Shown piece after piece: positions 1 through 8,774 of a DNA stretch of 64,000 nt. The notes under the pieces are model-generated. The model did no database searches, was not told the DNA's origin, and worked only from the letters and a program-made list of their open reading frames with translations. Position 1 is the stretch's first letter, and every line of letters begins with the position of its first letter. The translations under genes and the position numbers were made by a program. Source of the stretch: an uncultured Thiomicrospira sp. (GTDB lineage: Bacteria > Pseudomonadota > Gammaproteobacteria > CAKMZV01). The stretch is from positions 1,024,001 to 1,088,000 of the forward strand of contig OZ239628.1 of NCBI GenBank assembly GCA_965195345.1, given 5' to 3'.

Positions 1-84
1 CCTTATTCGACGGGCGATTAGTTGTGTAAATTGCGATCCAAAATCAAGGATGAGTAAGTGATGAGCATTTTCATTTTTTTCCAC
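1..84 (-). CDS. guaA: GMP synthase (glutamine-hydrolysing), 5' end only; runs off the window
   Basis: Not in the ORF track. Manual translation from GTG at 84 gives MEKNENAHHLLILDFGSQFTQLIARRIR, with the GuaA ILDFGSQ..QLIARR motif; lies directly downstream of guaB. Confidence 0.92.
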   Translation of the reverse strand, partial: MEKNENAHHLLILDFGSQFTQLIARRIR

Positions 85-86
85 AG

Positions 87-1550
87 TTAAACTCGATAAT
101 TTGGTGCTTGCTTGGTTATGGTTACATCGTGCACATGGCTTTCATTGAAAGCTGCAGAGCTTATTTCGACTATTGTTGCGTTATTCTGGAAACTTCTAAT
201 ATCAGCTGTCCCGCAATAACCCATGCTCGAGCGTAGACCACCGCATAATTGCGCAATGATGGGGGAAACAGGTCCTTTATAAGGCACTCTGCCTTCCACG
301 CCCTCAGGAACTAATTTATCGAGTTCTGTTTCTGTTTGAAAATACCGATCACTTGAGTTATTTGGTCCACGCATGGAAGCAAGCGAACCCATGCCACGAT
401 AAGACTTATATGCACGCCCTTGGAAATATTCAACTTCTCCTGGAGATTCATCTGTTCCAGCAAATATGCTACCTAACATGATGCAGTCGGCTCCCACGGC
501 TACGGCTTTAGCAATATCACCTGAGTAGCGTACGCCACCATCAGCGATAACTTTAACCGACGTCTTTTTTAATGCTTCTACAGCGCTTTGGATGGCAGTA
601 ATTTGTGGCACACCGACTCCTGAAATAATACGTGTTGTGCATATTGATCCAGGTCCTATCCCAACTTTAACGGCATCTACCCCAGCTTTATAGAGTGCAA
701 CAGCAGCTTCAGCAGTAGCGACATTGCCACCGATAACTTGCATGTCAGGGTAATGTTGTTTAATCCATTTAATTTGATCGAGCACACCTTGTGAGTGACC
801 GTGCGCAGTGTCGACCACGAGCACATCAGCTTGCGCTTCAACAAGCGCTGTAATACGTGCTTGATTATCATTGCCAACACCTACGGCAGCACCTACCAAT
901 AAACGTTCGTCGGAGTCTTTGCTGGCGTTTGGATGGCTTGATGCCTTTTTAAAGTCACGAGCAGTAATCATGCCGCGTAATTCAAAGTCTTGATTGATCA
1001 CAAGAATGCGTTCAAGTCGATGTTTATGCATTAGTTCGATAACTTTTCTATTGTCGATATTGCGCTCATCAACGGTTATAAGTCGCTCTTTGGGAGTCAT
1101 TACACTGGTAATGGAAGCGTTGGTGTCGCGAACAAAGCGCATATCTCTACCCGTTACAATGCCTGCTAAATCTCTACCCTTAACAACAGGCATTGCTGAA
1201 ATGCCTTTTTCTTGACTGAGCGTAAGTGCATCAGCTATGCAAGCATCTATGTTGATGGTTACAGGATCTCGAATTACTCCGCTTTCAAATTTTTTGACGC
1301 GCAAAACTTCGTTAGCTTGATCTTCAATGCTTAAGTTTTTGTGGATGATGCCTATTCCTCCTTCTTGTGCAAGTGCAGTAGCTAATCCACTTTCAGTAAC
1401 AGTGTCCATAGCAGCAGAGAGCAGGGGGATATTGAGTCGTATTTTTTCTGTTAAATAAGATTTAAGATCAACATTTTTAGGGACAATGTTGGAATAAGCT
1501 GGAACAATGAGAATATCATCAAAGGTAAGAGATTTTTTAATGGATTTCAT
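87..1550 (-). CDS. guaB: IMP dehydrogenase
   Basis: LTFDD start, [12 protein letters not shown] pair, catalytic [17 protein letters not shown]. Confidence 0.98.
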   Translation of the reverse strand: MKSIKKSLTFDDILIVPAYSNIVPKNVDLKSYLTEKIRLNIPLLSAAMDTVTESGLATALAQEGGIGIIHKNLSIEDQANEVLRVKKFESGVIRDPVTINIDACIADALTLSQEKGISAMPVVKGRDLAGIVTGRDMRFVRDTNASITSVMTPKERLITVDERNIDNRKVIELMHKHRLERILVINQDFELRGMITARDFKKASSHPNASKDSDERLLVGAAVGVGNDNQARITALVEAQADVLVVDTAHGHSQGVLDQIKWIKQHYPDMQVIGGNVATAEAAVALYKAGVDAVKVGIGPGSICTTRIISGVGVPQITAIQSAVEALKKTSVKVIADGGVRYSGDIAKAVAVGADCIMLGSIFAGTDESPGEVEYFQGRAYKSYRGMGSLASMRGPNNSSDRYFQTETELDKLVPEGVEGRVPYKGPVSPIIAQLCGGLRSSMGYCGTADIRSFQNNATIVEISSAAFNESHVHDVTITKQAPNYRV

Positions 1551-1934
1551 GATTGAATAGAAAGCATAAGGAGCAAGGAATACACAATGCTGTATTTTAT
1601 CGCAATTAGCTGTTTTTTTTATTCAAAAAAACTTTTAAGTTTTAGCTTTTCACAGCATATTTTTTCTATAGCAAAGAATGAAAATTCTATGTAATGATTG
1701 ATTTTTTCTTTTGCCAATTTAAATAAATCCAATGAGAAAAAACTGATTTTATGATATCCATTTATCGCAGGATGGTCTTTCAGCAAAAATGGAGAGCACG
1801 GTGATGAGATGTTACGTTCAGCACAAGGAAACCCTGTCCGCTGCGTGTTCTGGTCTTGAAAAAGGGAGAAAGAATGATTTTATATAGTACAGTATACACA
1901 AAATATTAAATGGTTACTTTTGAGGAGGAATGAT

Positions 1935-3083
1935 ATGTTGCACTTTTCTGAAAACGAATTTGAACAAAGGTTAGCAAAATTACGAGAAAAAATGGTCGAA
2001 GAAAATTTAGATGCCATGTTGCTATTCGCGCAAGAGTCAATGTATTGGTTAACGGGCTATGATACTTTTGGATTTTGTTTTTTTCAAACAGTTTTGGTTA
2101 CGCACAATGAGCCTGTAGCGCTACTGACACGATCCGCTGATTTGCGACAAGCACAGTTAACATCAAATATTAAAAACATTGATATTTGGGTGGATGGACA
2201 GGATGTAGATCCAACCAAAAATGTAAGTGATATGCTTAAAAAAAACAATCTGGTGAATAAACGGGTTGGTGTTGAAACAAATACGCATGGTTTGACTTTT
2301 TATAATGGACAATTATTACATGCTCGCATTGGTTCAATGATTCAATGGGTTGAGGCGTCTTTTATTATTTCTAATTTGCGACTCATTAAATCGGACGCAG
2401 AGATTGAGTACGTTAAGAAAGCAGCATCTATTGGTGATGGAGCCTACGCTAAAGCATTATTAGCTATTGAAGAAGGAAAAGATGAGTCGAATGTAATAGC
2501 GGCATTACAAGGAGAAATATTTGCTCAAGGGGGTGACTTTCCTGCCAATGAAATAATCGCTGGCGTAGGCGCAAACGCAATTTTATGTCGTTATCAATCG
2601 GGGCGGAGTATTATTCAAAAAAATGATCAGTTTACCCTTGAGTGGGCTGGAGTGTATAAACATTACCACGCGGCTTTGATGCGAACGGTCGTAGTGGGGA
2701 AGCCAACAGAAAAACACTTGTACTTGCAAAAACATGGTGCAGAGGCGTTGCTTGCGTGTGAAGAAGTGTTAAAGCCTGATCGACCGATGGGTGATGTGTT
2801 TGCCAAACATGCCCAAGTGTTAGATGCAGCTGGATTATCAAAATGTCGGCTGAAAGCGTGCGGTTATTCTTTAGGTGCTCGTTTCTCTCCTTCTTGGATG
2901 GAACATCAAATGTTCTACGAAAATGCTGAAACGATTATGCAAAAGAATATGGTTTTTTTCCTGCACATGATTCTTGCTGATAGTGAAAGTGGAGCAGCTA
3001 ATTGCATAGGGAGGACTTCAATAATTACCGATGCGGGCTCTCAAACATTGTCAGAACTATCGCTTGAATTGACTGTCGTATAA
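1935..3083 (+). CDS. M24-fold (Xaa-Pro peptidase family) hydrolase, creatinase/ectoine-hydrolase-like subfamily lacking the metal ligands
   Basis: Creatinase N-domain (QESMYWLTGYD), LRLIKSDAEI, YHAALMRT, CGYSLG. ATG at 1935 follows the SD GAGGAGG. Confidence 0.8.
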   Translation: MLHFSENEFEQRLAKLREKMVEENLDAMLLFAQESMYWLTGYDTFGFCFFQTVLVTHNEPVALLTRSADLRQAQLTSNIKNIDIWVDGQDVDPTKNVSDMLKKNNLVNKRVGVETNTHGLTFYNGQLLHARIGSMIQWVEASFIISNLRLIKSDAEIEYVKKAASIGDGAYAKALLAIEEGKDESNVIAALQGEIFAQGGDFPANEIIAGVGANAILCRYQSGRSIIQKNDQFTLEWAGVYKHYHAALMRTVVVGKPTEKHLYLQKHGAEALLACEEVLKPDRPMGDVFAKHAQVLDAAGLSKCRLKACGYSLGARFSPSWMEHQMFYENAETIMQKNMVFFLHMILADSESGAANCIGRTSIITDAGSQTLSELSLELTVV

Positions 3084-3173
3084 CTTCAATTGCAGTGCTG
3101 GCCGGTTGTTGATTGTTTTGCCACGATAGGTGATGTACCTTGATGTGCACAATAATAGGACCAGTGTACGGTG

Positions 3174-3182
3174 TGCTATAAT
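3174..3182 (+). promoter_or_regulatory. Putative extended -10 promoter (TGcTATAAT) for the YciI-like gene
   Basis: TGCTATAAT about 32 nt upstream of ATG 3215. Confidence 0.5.
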
Positions 3183-3214
3183 CGTTTTTTAATCATATTC
3201 AATATAAAAAAGGC

Positions 3215-3532
3215 ATGGAAAAATACATATTTATATATCATGGTAGTGGTTCTGCTCCAGAAAACGAAGAAGAAGGCAAAAAAGTCATGCAAGCTTGGAT
3301 GGAGTGGTTTGAGGTAATGGGTGAGGCAGTAGTCGATATGGGGGCACCTATTGGTATGTCTTCAACAGTTCACAGCGGTGGGAAGGTAAGTTCAGATGGA
3401 GGAAGTAACCCTGCTTCTGGCTATACTATAATTCAAGCAAATACTCTCAATGAGGCACTTGAGCATGCAAAAGGTTGTCCGCTTCTTGAGGATGAGGGGA
3501 GCATAGAAGTTGCTCAAATTCATTCAATGTAA
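3215..3532 (+). CDS. YciI/DGPF-family dimeric alpha-beta barrel protein
   Basis: AWMEWF..MG..VVDMGAP, SGYTIIQA..L.EA...AKGCP, IEV pattern. Confidence 0.75.
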   Translation: MEKYIFIYHGSGSAPENEEEGKKVMQAWMEWFEVMGEAVVDMGAPIGMSSTVHSGGKVSSDGGSNPASGYTIIQANTLNEALEHAKGCPLLEDEGSIEVAQIHSM

Positions 3533-3585
3533 GTTGACGGAAATTTCTAAGGAAAATAAAAAATAGCTTTTAGATTAGTACACGT

Positions 3586-3614
3586 AAGCATGCTTATAAA
3601 AAGGCATGCTTTTT
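3586..3614. terminator. Putative bidirectional intrinsic terminator
   Basis: Inverted repeat AAGCATGC (3586-3593) / GCATGCTT (3604-3611) followed by T-run, between convergent genes. Confidence 0.55.
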
Positions 3615-4770
3615 ATAAGAAGTATGATATCTGTAGTTCTAAGTAGCTACTGCGATTTAGACGACTGGCGAGTAGTTCTTCTGAATCCAAATTAAATATG
3701 AATGCTGATATGTTTGCTTTCCAGTCATTGCCAAAGCGTTTTGATCCTGTAAGCGTAAAAGTTTGACTGAGGTGGTTGTTGTCAATGCTTACGCCAAGAA
3801 TAAACTCAGTACCATCAACATCATTTAAGGCAAAACGAGTTGCTAAGAAAGTATCGTTTTGTAATAACTCAAAACTTGATTCTCCTCTTTCATCCCAATT
3901 TACTTCAGCAAGCAATCCAAGATCTGTGTCCGCATAAATACCTACTAAAGTATATTCAAATCCAAATACACTTGCAAAGAAATCAATGTCATCTTTGAAT
4001 GACTTGTGAATTGCTTCAAGTTTCCAAAGCCATCCATCGTTTGAAAATTGATACTCAAGACCAAACTGTTTTATTTGACGGTAAAAGGGACGTAACTCAT
4101 TGTCTGAAAAGATGTAAATTGGAATGCGATCAGTTCCTTGAAAATACGATAGAGCAAATTCATGCTCTTCAATGAAATTCGAATAGCGAAAGGCAAAATC
4201 AACATGATTCTCTTCATCTGGATCTTGAAAGACTGGTGCCGCGTCTGTAATAAAAGCAGGATTCTCTTCTCCAACCCTTGTTTGAACGCGAAAGAAAGGC
4301 AGGATATATAAATCAAATACACCTGCTTCTTCTTGGTCGAATGTGGCACGGACAAGAGGCTGTCCCAATCGATAGGCTTTGTCAAACCCGTAAGCAACAT
4401 CTTGTTGATTAATAACATTTACAATGTTTCGAGATTCAACGACACCCCAGAAAACCTTGCTTATCCCTGCTGCTACTTCCCATGTTTCGGCTTGATATAA
4501 CCAGTTGAATTCACGAATGTCAAAGTGTGTCCTTTGTTCATCAACGCTGTCATGTAGATAGAAAAGCTGTATGTTTAGTTGATTGTCCTGATCAGAACTA
4601 ACCCATGTTAGTTGTGGTTGGAATATTGCCGCGATGAATAATTGTTCACTGTTCTCAGGAGGAGCATCAGTATAGTTAATGAGGTTAAGGGCAAATTCGG
4701 ATTGTACCTGTGTATCGGCGTATGTCAATGTACATGCAAATAACCAGCAAATAAACCAACAAACACGCAT
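3613..4770 (-). CDS. Putative outer-membrane beta-barrel protein of the MMPL/LolA-like module
   Basis: Signal peptide, amphipathic beta-strands, VFWGVVES motif, C-terminal LQISYFL; translationally adjacent to the LolA-like gene. Confidence 0.7.
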   Translation of the reverse strand: MRVCWFICWLFACTLTYADTQVQSEFALNLINYTDAPPENSEQLFIAAIFQPQLTWVSSDQDNQLNIQLFYLHDSVDEQRTHFDIREFNWLYQAETWEVAAGISKVFWGVVESRNIVNVINQQDVAYGFDKAYRLGQPLVRATFDQEEAGVFDLYILPFFRVQTRVGEENPAFITDAAPVFQDPDEENHVDFAFRYSNFIEEHEFALSYFQGTDRIPIYIFSDNELRPFYRQIKQFGLEYQFSNDGWLWKLEAIHKSFKDDIDFFASVFGFEYTLVGIYADTDLGLLAEVNWDERGESSFELLQNDTFLATRFALNDVDGTEFILGVSIDNNHLSQTFTLTGSKRFGNDWKANISAFIFNLDSEELLASRLNRSSYLELQISYFL

Positions 4771-4774
4771 AGGA

Positions 4775-5605
4775 CTATCGCAATGATTTTAACTTGCGTT
4801 TGTTAAAGTCTGAACTTTTAAGACCAGTATCGAATTTAAAGTCGTTAAAGTGAAGCTCTGTTCTACGTTTCTTTTGATGATTCTCCATATTCATCTGTGT
4901 TGCACGCCAAACACCAACATCAAATTTTTTGTAGTTTGAAAGCTTTAATGTTTTCAATAGACTGCCTTTTCTATCATAAAATTCGGATTTTAATGGTTGA
5001 AAATGTTCGTGTGAGAACCAAGTATAAAAGTATTTATATCCAGAATCTTTGTCCTGAGGGGTGAGTTTAACTTTAGAAGTAGGTTTTCCACCAAGCATTT
5101 CTTCGCCAATATATTCATAACCGTATTTTTTAATTTCAAACGAACTTAAATCTTCAAAAGCAAATTCGCTGCCCATAAAAGGGCCAGAACGGTTGCGCGA
5201 GGAAATGCGTTTTACTCTTTTAAGGGCCGGTAAATACAACCATTGATCGTCTGATTTGTCAACGTGTGAAAAAGTTAAAAAGGCAGTGCCTTTAACATCG
5301 CGGGGATCATCAAAAATGGAAAGCGACTTATCACCATCATCTTTTACTTCAAGTGCTCGAGCGCGTACTGAGCGTGTGTTTTTCTCTCCGTGGTTATTAA
5401 TAAGCACCATCTCCATTTTGTTTTCACTGCTTATCCATCCAGTATTAGATTCTTTTGATTTTGTGGCAATTTCAAGCCCTTTTTTCTCATTAGGTGTTTT
5501 TGCTTCCCAATCTGCATAAGAGTTTCCAGAAAGAAGTACTGTCAAGGATATTAGAGAAATGCCAAATGCATAAGCTAGGTTAAAGTTCGCTGTATTCGTT
5601 TTCAT
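4775..5605 (-). CDS. Outer-membrane lipoprotein-sorting (LolA-like) protein
   Basis: FDDPRDVKGTAFL, QWLYLPALKRVKRIS, FMGSEFAFEDL motifs. Signal peptide from ATG 5605, which overlaps the upstream stop (ATGA). Confidence 0.85.
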   Translation of the reverse strand: MKTNTANFNLAYAFGISLISLTVLLSGNSYADWEAKTPNEKKGLEIATKSKESNTGWISSENKMEMVLINNHGEKNTRSVRARALEVKDDGDKSLSIFDDPRDVKGTAFLTFSHVDKSDDQWLYLPALKRVKRISSRNRSGPFMGSEFAFEDLSSFEIKKYGYEYIGEEMLGGKPTSKVKLTPQDKDSGYKYFYTWFSHEHFQPLKSEFYDRKGSLLKTLKLSNYKKFDVGVWRATQMNMENHQKKRRTELHFNDFKFDTGLKSSDFNKRKLKSLR

Positions 5606-7896
5606 GTGGTTTTCTTCCGTTCGTTTCGATTGATAAAAATTAAGAGAGGGGGTAGTAACAAGAAATCGATTAGCAATGCAGTGATGATGGTTATACAAGT
5701 AAGTACAGCCATTTCAGCGTTAGGTAAATAAGTCGATTGAGACATTATAATAAATCCACATACTAATGCCACTGTTGTTATCCATAACGCTCTTCCTACA
5801 CTACGGAATGCGTAGCGAATAGCATCTTCTGTGTTTGCGCCTCTATGTCTTTTCGCATGCAAATATTTACTTAAAAAGTGAACTGTATCGTCGACGATGA
5901 TGCCGAGAGCCAAGCTAACAACAATTGAATTTGCTATGCCTATTTGACCTTTTATTAAGTACCAGATACCAAATGCAATACCAGCAGGTAAAAGATTTGG
6001 AATAAAACTAATTAGTCCATAACGCCAAGATCTAAGTGCTACTAATAAAACAAGAGAGATAAGCATCAAAGCTGAGAAAGCACTGATTAAAGAACTATTG
6101 ATATTTATTTGACCTATATACGAAAACATCAAAGTGGTACCAACCGGTTTAGCTTCAAAAGTTGTGACATTGCTATTAAGCCAATCTTGAATACGTTTTT
6201 CAAAAGCGATATTTGCTTCGCTGTCAAGGCTGGTGATGGTTATCACGATGCGAGTAGCTGATTTGTCAACATTAATTTGATTATTTAAATCAAGTCCATA
6301 GGGTAAGGACAGTTCGTATAACAGTAAGTATTGTGCAGCAAGCTCCTGAATTTTAGGGATATTATAAAAATCAGAGTTATCTTGGTTCATGGTTTTATTC
6401 AAACGCTTGATGATGTCTGATAAACTATTCACATTACGCACTTCGGGCTGTGTTTTAAGCCATTGTGTTAGTGTGTCGGCCTCTTTGAGAAAGTTAGGGT
6501 TATTTATGCCATTGGCTACTTTTGTGTCCAAAGAAAGTTCAAAAACACCATTTCCTCCAATTTCTCGATCAGAAAACTCAGTAGCTTGGCGTATACTTGT
6601 TGAAGTGTCAAAATATTTTGTGAATTCATCATTTAATATATTCAAAGGCATAAGTGCAATGAATATCAAAGAAACAATTGAAGCACCGAATAGAAGTTTG
6701 CGTGAATTACGGATAACAAATTCAGCAAGTATTTCCATCATGTCTGATTTAGCGTTGACAGACCTTTGTTTCACTCTAACAGGCAATACTAACATCAGCA
6801 TTGGCAGCAGAATAGTCGAAAAAATAAACGCACCAATTACGCCAGCAGCAACAATGTTCCCTAAATCCCTAAATGGACCAACGTCACTGAAGTTAAGCGT
6901 CAAGAAACCAATGGCGGTGGTTAGACTGGTTATGAAAACAGGCATAAAATTGATTTTTAAACTTTCTAACATGGCGACAGTTTTATTGGCTGCACCATGG
7001 CGCATTTCGTAATAAAAACTGGATAATATATGCACACAGTCAGCAACTGCGAGCGTCAATATCATATATAGCCCGATCATTGCAGGACCCGATAAGTAGA
7101 TACCAAGCCAACCCGCTGTTCCATATCCAGTGATAACACTCAAAATAACAACAATGAAAGTGGCAAAAGAGCCACTTATTGTTCCCACCAACAGCCCCAT
7201 AATGAGAAGGACGCTAAGAACTAATAAGGGCATAAGTGTTTTCAGATCAGACACGGCGGATTCAGCAAATGCATTATTCAACATAATGATGCCACTTAAA
7301 TGCACTTCAGTATCTGAATGCTCAGCTTGATATTCAGCCATACGTTCTTTAACGGCGCCTGCAACTATTGGTACACCAATAGCGGAGTCTTCTGCAGGAA
7401 TGTTAATTGTAATATTTATCGCTGTAACGGTTCCATTAGGAGAGATGATACGTCCTACTAATGAAGGCTCATTTGCCGCTACTCTTTTTATCTTCTCTAT
7501 ATCTTCTTGATTGAGATCAAAAGCATTTTCGACTAAATTGCCAACAATCAAATCATCTTCCTCAACGTCGGTATGCTGATAATTGGTTAAAGAATCTACT
7601 CGGTTAGAATAGGGGATTTGCCATAAATCTTCGGTCAGTTCTTCGATTGAAGCGAGAAATTCTTTATTAAAAACGCCCGATTTTGGTTTGATAGAAATGA
7701 AAACGTTATCAACACGGTTATAGATGTCTTGTACTTTATCATATTCCAACATAGGTGGAAAATCAGGGGAAAAGAAAATTCTATAATCGTCGTTGAAATA
7801 CAAAAAACGTGCGCCAGAAGCAGCTCCAACAGCAAGTAGTATGGACGCAAGCATGGTTAACCATTTAAATCGTATTAAGGTAGGGAAAAATCTCAT
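5602..7896 (-). CDS. MMPL/RND-family transporter
   Basis: Two repeats of one TM + periplasmic domain + five TM; LAVADCVH and GIIVDDTVHF motifs. Start may extend to 7941. Confidence 0.88.
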   Translation of the reverse strand: MRFFPTLIRFKWLTMLASILLAVGAASGARFLYFNDDYRIFFSPDFPPMLEYDKVQDIYNRVDNVFISIKPKSGVFNKEFLASIEELTEDLWQIPYSNRVDSLTNYQHTDVEEDDLIVGNLVENAFDLNQEDIEKIKRVAANEPSLVGRIISPNGTVTAINITINIPAEDSAIGVPIVAGAVKERMAEYQAEHSDTEVHLSGIIMLNNAFAESAVSDLKTLMPLLVLSVLLIMGLLVGTISGSFATFIVVILSVITGYGTAGWLGIYLSGPAMIGLYMILTLAVADCVHILSSFYYEMRHGAANKTVAMLESLKINFMPVFITSLTTAIGFLTLNFSDVGPFRDLGNIVAAGVIGAFIFSTILLPMLMLVLPVRVKQRSVNAKSDMMEILAEFVIRNSRKLLFGASIVSLIFIALMPLNILNDEFTKYFDTSTSIRQATEFSDREIGGNGVFELSLDTKVANGINNPNFLKEADTLTQWLKTQPEVRNVNSLSDIIKRLNKTMNQDNSDFYNIPKIQELAAQYLLLYELSLPYGLDLNNQINVDKSATRIVITITSLDSEANIAFEKRIQDWLNSNVTTFEAKPVGTTLMFSYIGQININSSLISAFSALMLISLVLLVALRSWRYGLISFIPNLLPAGIAFGIWYLIKGQIGIANSIVVSLALGIIVDDTVHFLSKYLHAKRHRGANTEDAIRYAFRSVGRALWITTVALVCGFIIMSQSTYLPNAEMAVLTCITIITALLIDFLLLPPLLIFINRNERKKTT

Positions 7897-8021
7897 TTTT
7901 ATTTTTTCGGGTGTTGCGTTTTTGAGTTGCTTCAAAAACAAGTGACTAAGATTAAAAAATCTTTTAAAACAATAATCGGATTATAGCATCAAAACCGCAG
8001 GCACTTGCAGTAGGGAGTATA

Positions 8022-8774
8022 TCACGAGGTGTATTGAAAATGGTTCCTCTGGCGATGTATTTCGTATAATCCTAATGCACATGCAACAGAAGCGTTTAGG
8101 CTTTGAATTTTCCCAAACATCCCAATAGAAAGAAGGGCATCACAACCTTTTAGTTGTCTGAGCCGCATTCCTTTTTCTTCGGAACCAAGTACTAAAGCTA
8201 TATGCGGTGATGAGAACTCATAGTCATATAAATTAGTCGGACTCTCTCCTGTTAGACCGTATATCCATATGCCTTTCTTCTTCAAATGTTCAATGTTCCT
8301 CGATAAAGCATTTACTCGAAATATGTTTAGCGTTTCACTGGCTCCAGTTGACGTTTTCCGAGCAAGAGAAGACAAAGGAGCGCTGTTTTTTTGACTTAAT
8401 ATTACACCTGTTACTCCTACAGCATCTGCATTTCTAAGAATAGCTCCAAGATTTCGGGGATCTTGGATTTGATCACAAATGAGCCATAGACTTTGCTTGG
8501 GCAAGTTTGTTAAAGCGGATTTTAAATCGGTTTCATTGCCTTCTTTTTGACACAGGATATGTGCTACAACACCTTGATGATTGACGTCAGGACAGATTTT
8601 GTCAAGGGCAGAGCGATCAGTAACAGTGCATTGAATGCCCATTGACTTTGCTAATGTCAAAATCTCTTGTAGACCAGAGGAGTCGTATAAAGATAAATGG
8701 ATGATGCGCTCAGGCACATTTTCGATTATGTGGAGTACAAGCCTTTTCCCTCCTACAAAAATCTTTTCGTTCAC
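8022..8774 (-). CDS. rlmB: 23S rRNA Gm2251 2'-O-methyltransferase
   Basis: HQGV, DPRNLGAILR, LGSEEKG, SLNASVA SPOUT motifs; follows rnr. Confidence 0.93.
   Translation of the reverse strand: MNEKIFVGGKRLVLHIIENVPERIIHLSLYDSSGLQEILTLAKSMGIQCTVTDRSALDKICPDVNHQGVVAHILCQKEGNETDLKSALTNLPKQSLWLICDQIQDPRNLGAILRNADAVGVTGVILSQKNSAPLSSLARKTSTGASETLNIFRVNALSRNIEHLKKKGIWIYGLTGESPTNLYDYEFSSPHIALVLGSEEKGMRLRQLKGCDALLSIGMFGKIQSLNASVACALGLYEIHRQRNHFQYTS

Noticed and set aside
1785-1850. Glycine riboswitch (GGAGAG ... GGAAAC)
   Set aside because: Lacks the CCGAAG and CTCTCAGG core elements; kept only as an unexplained element.
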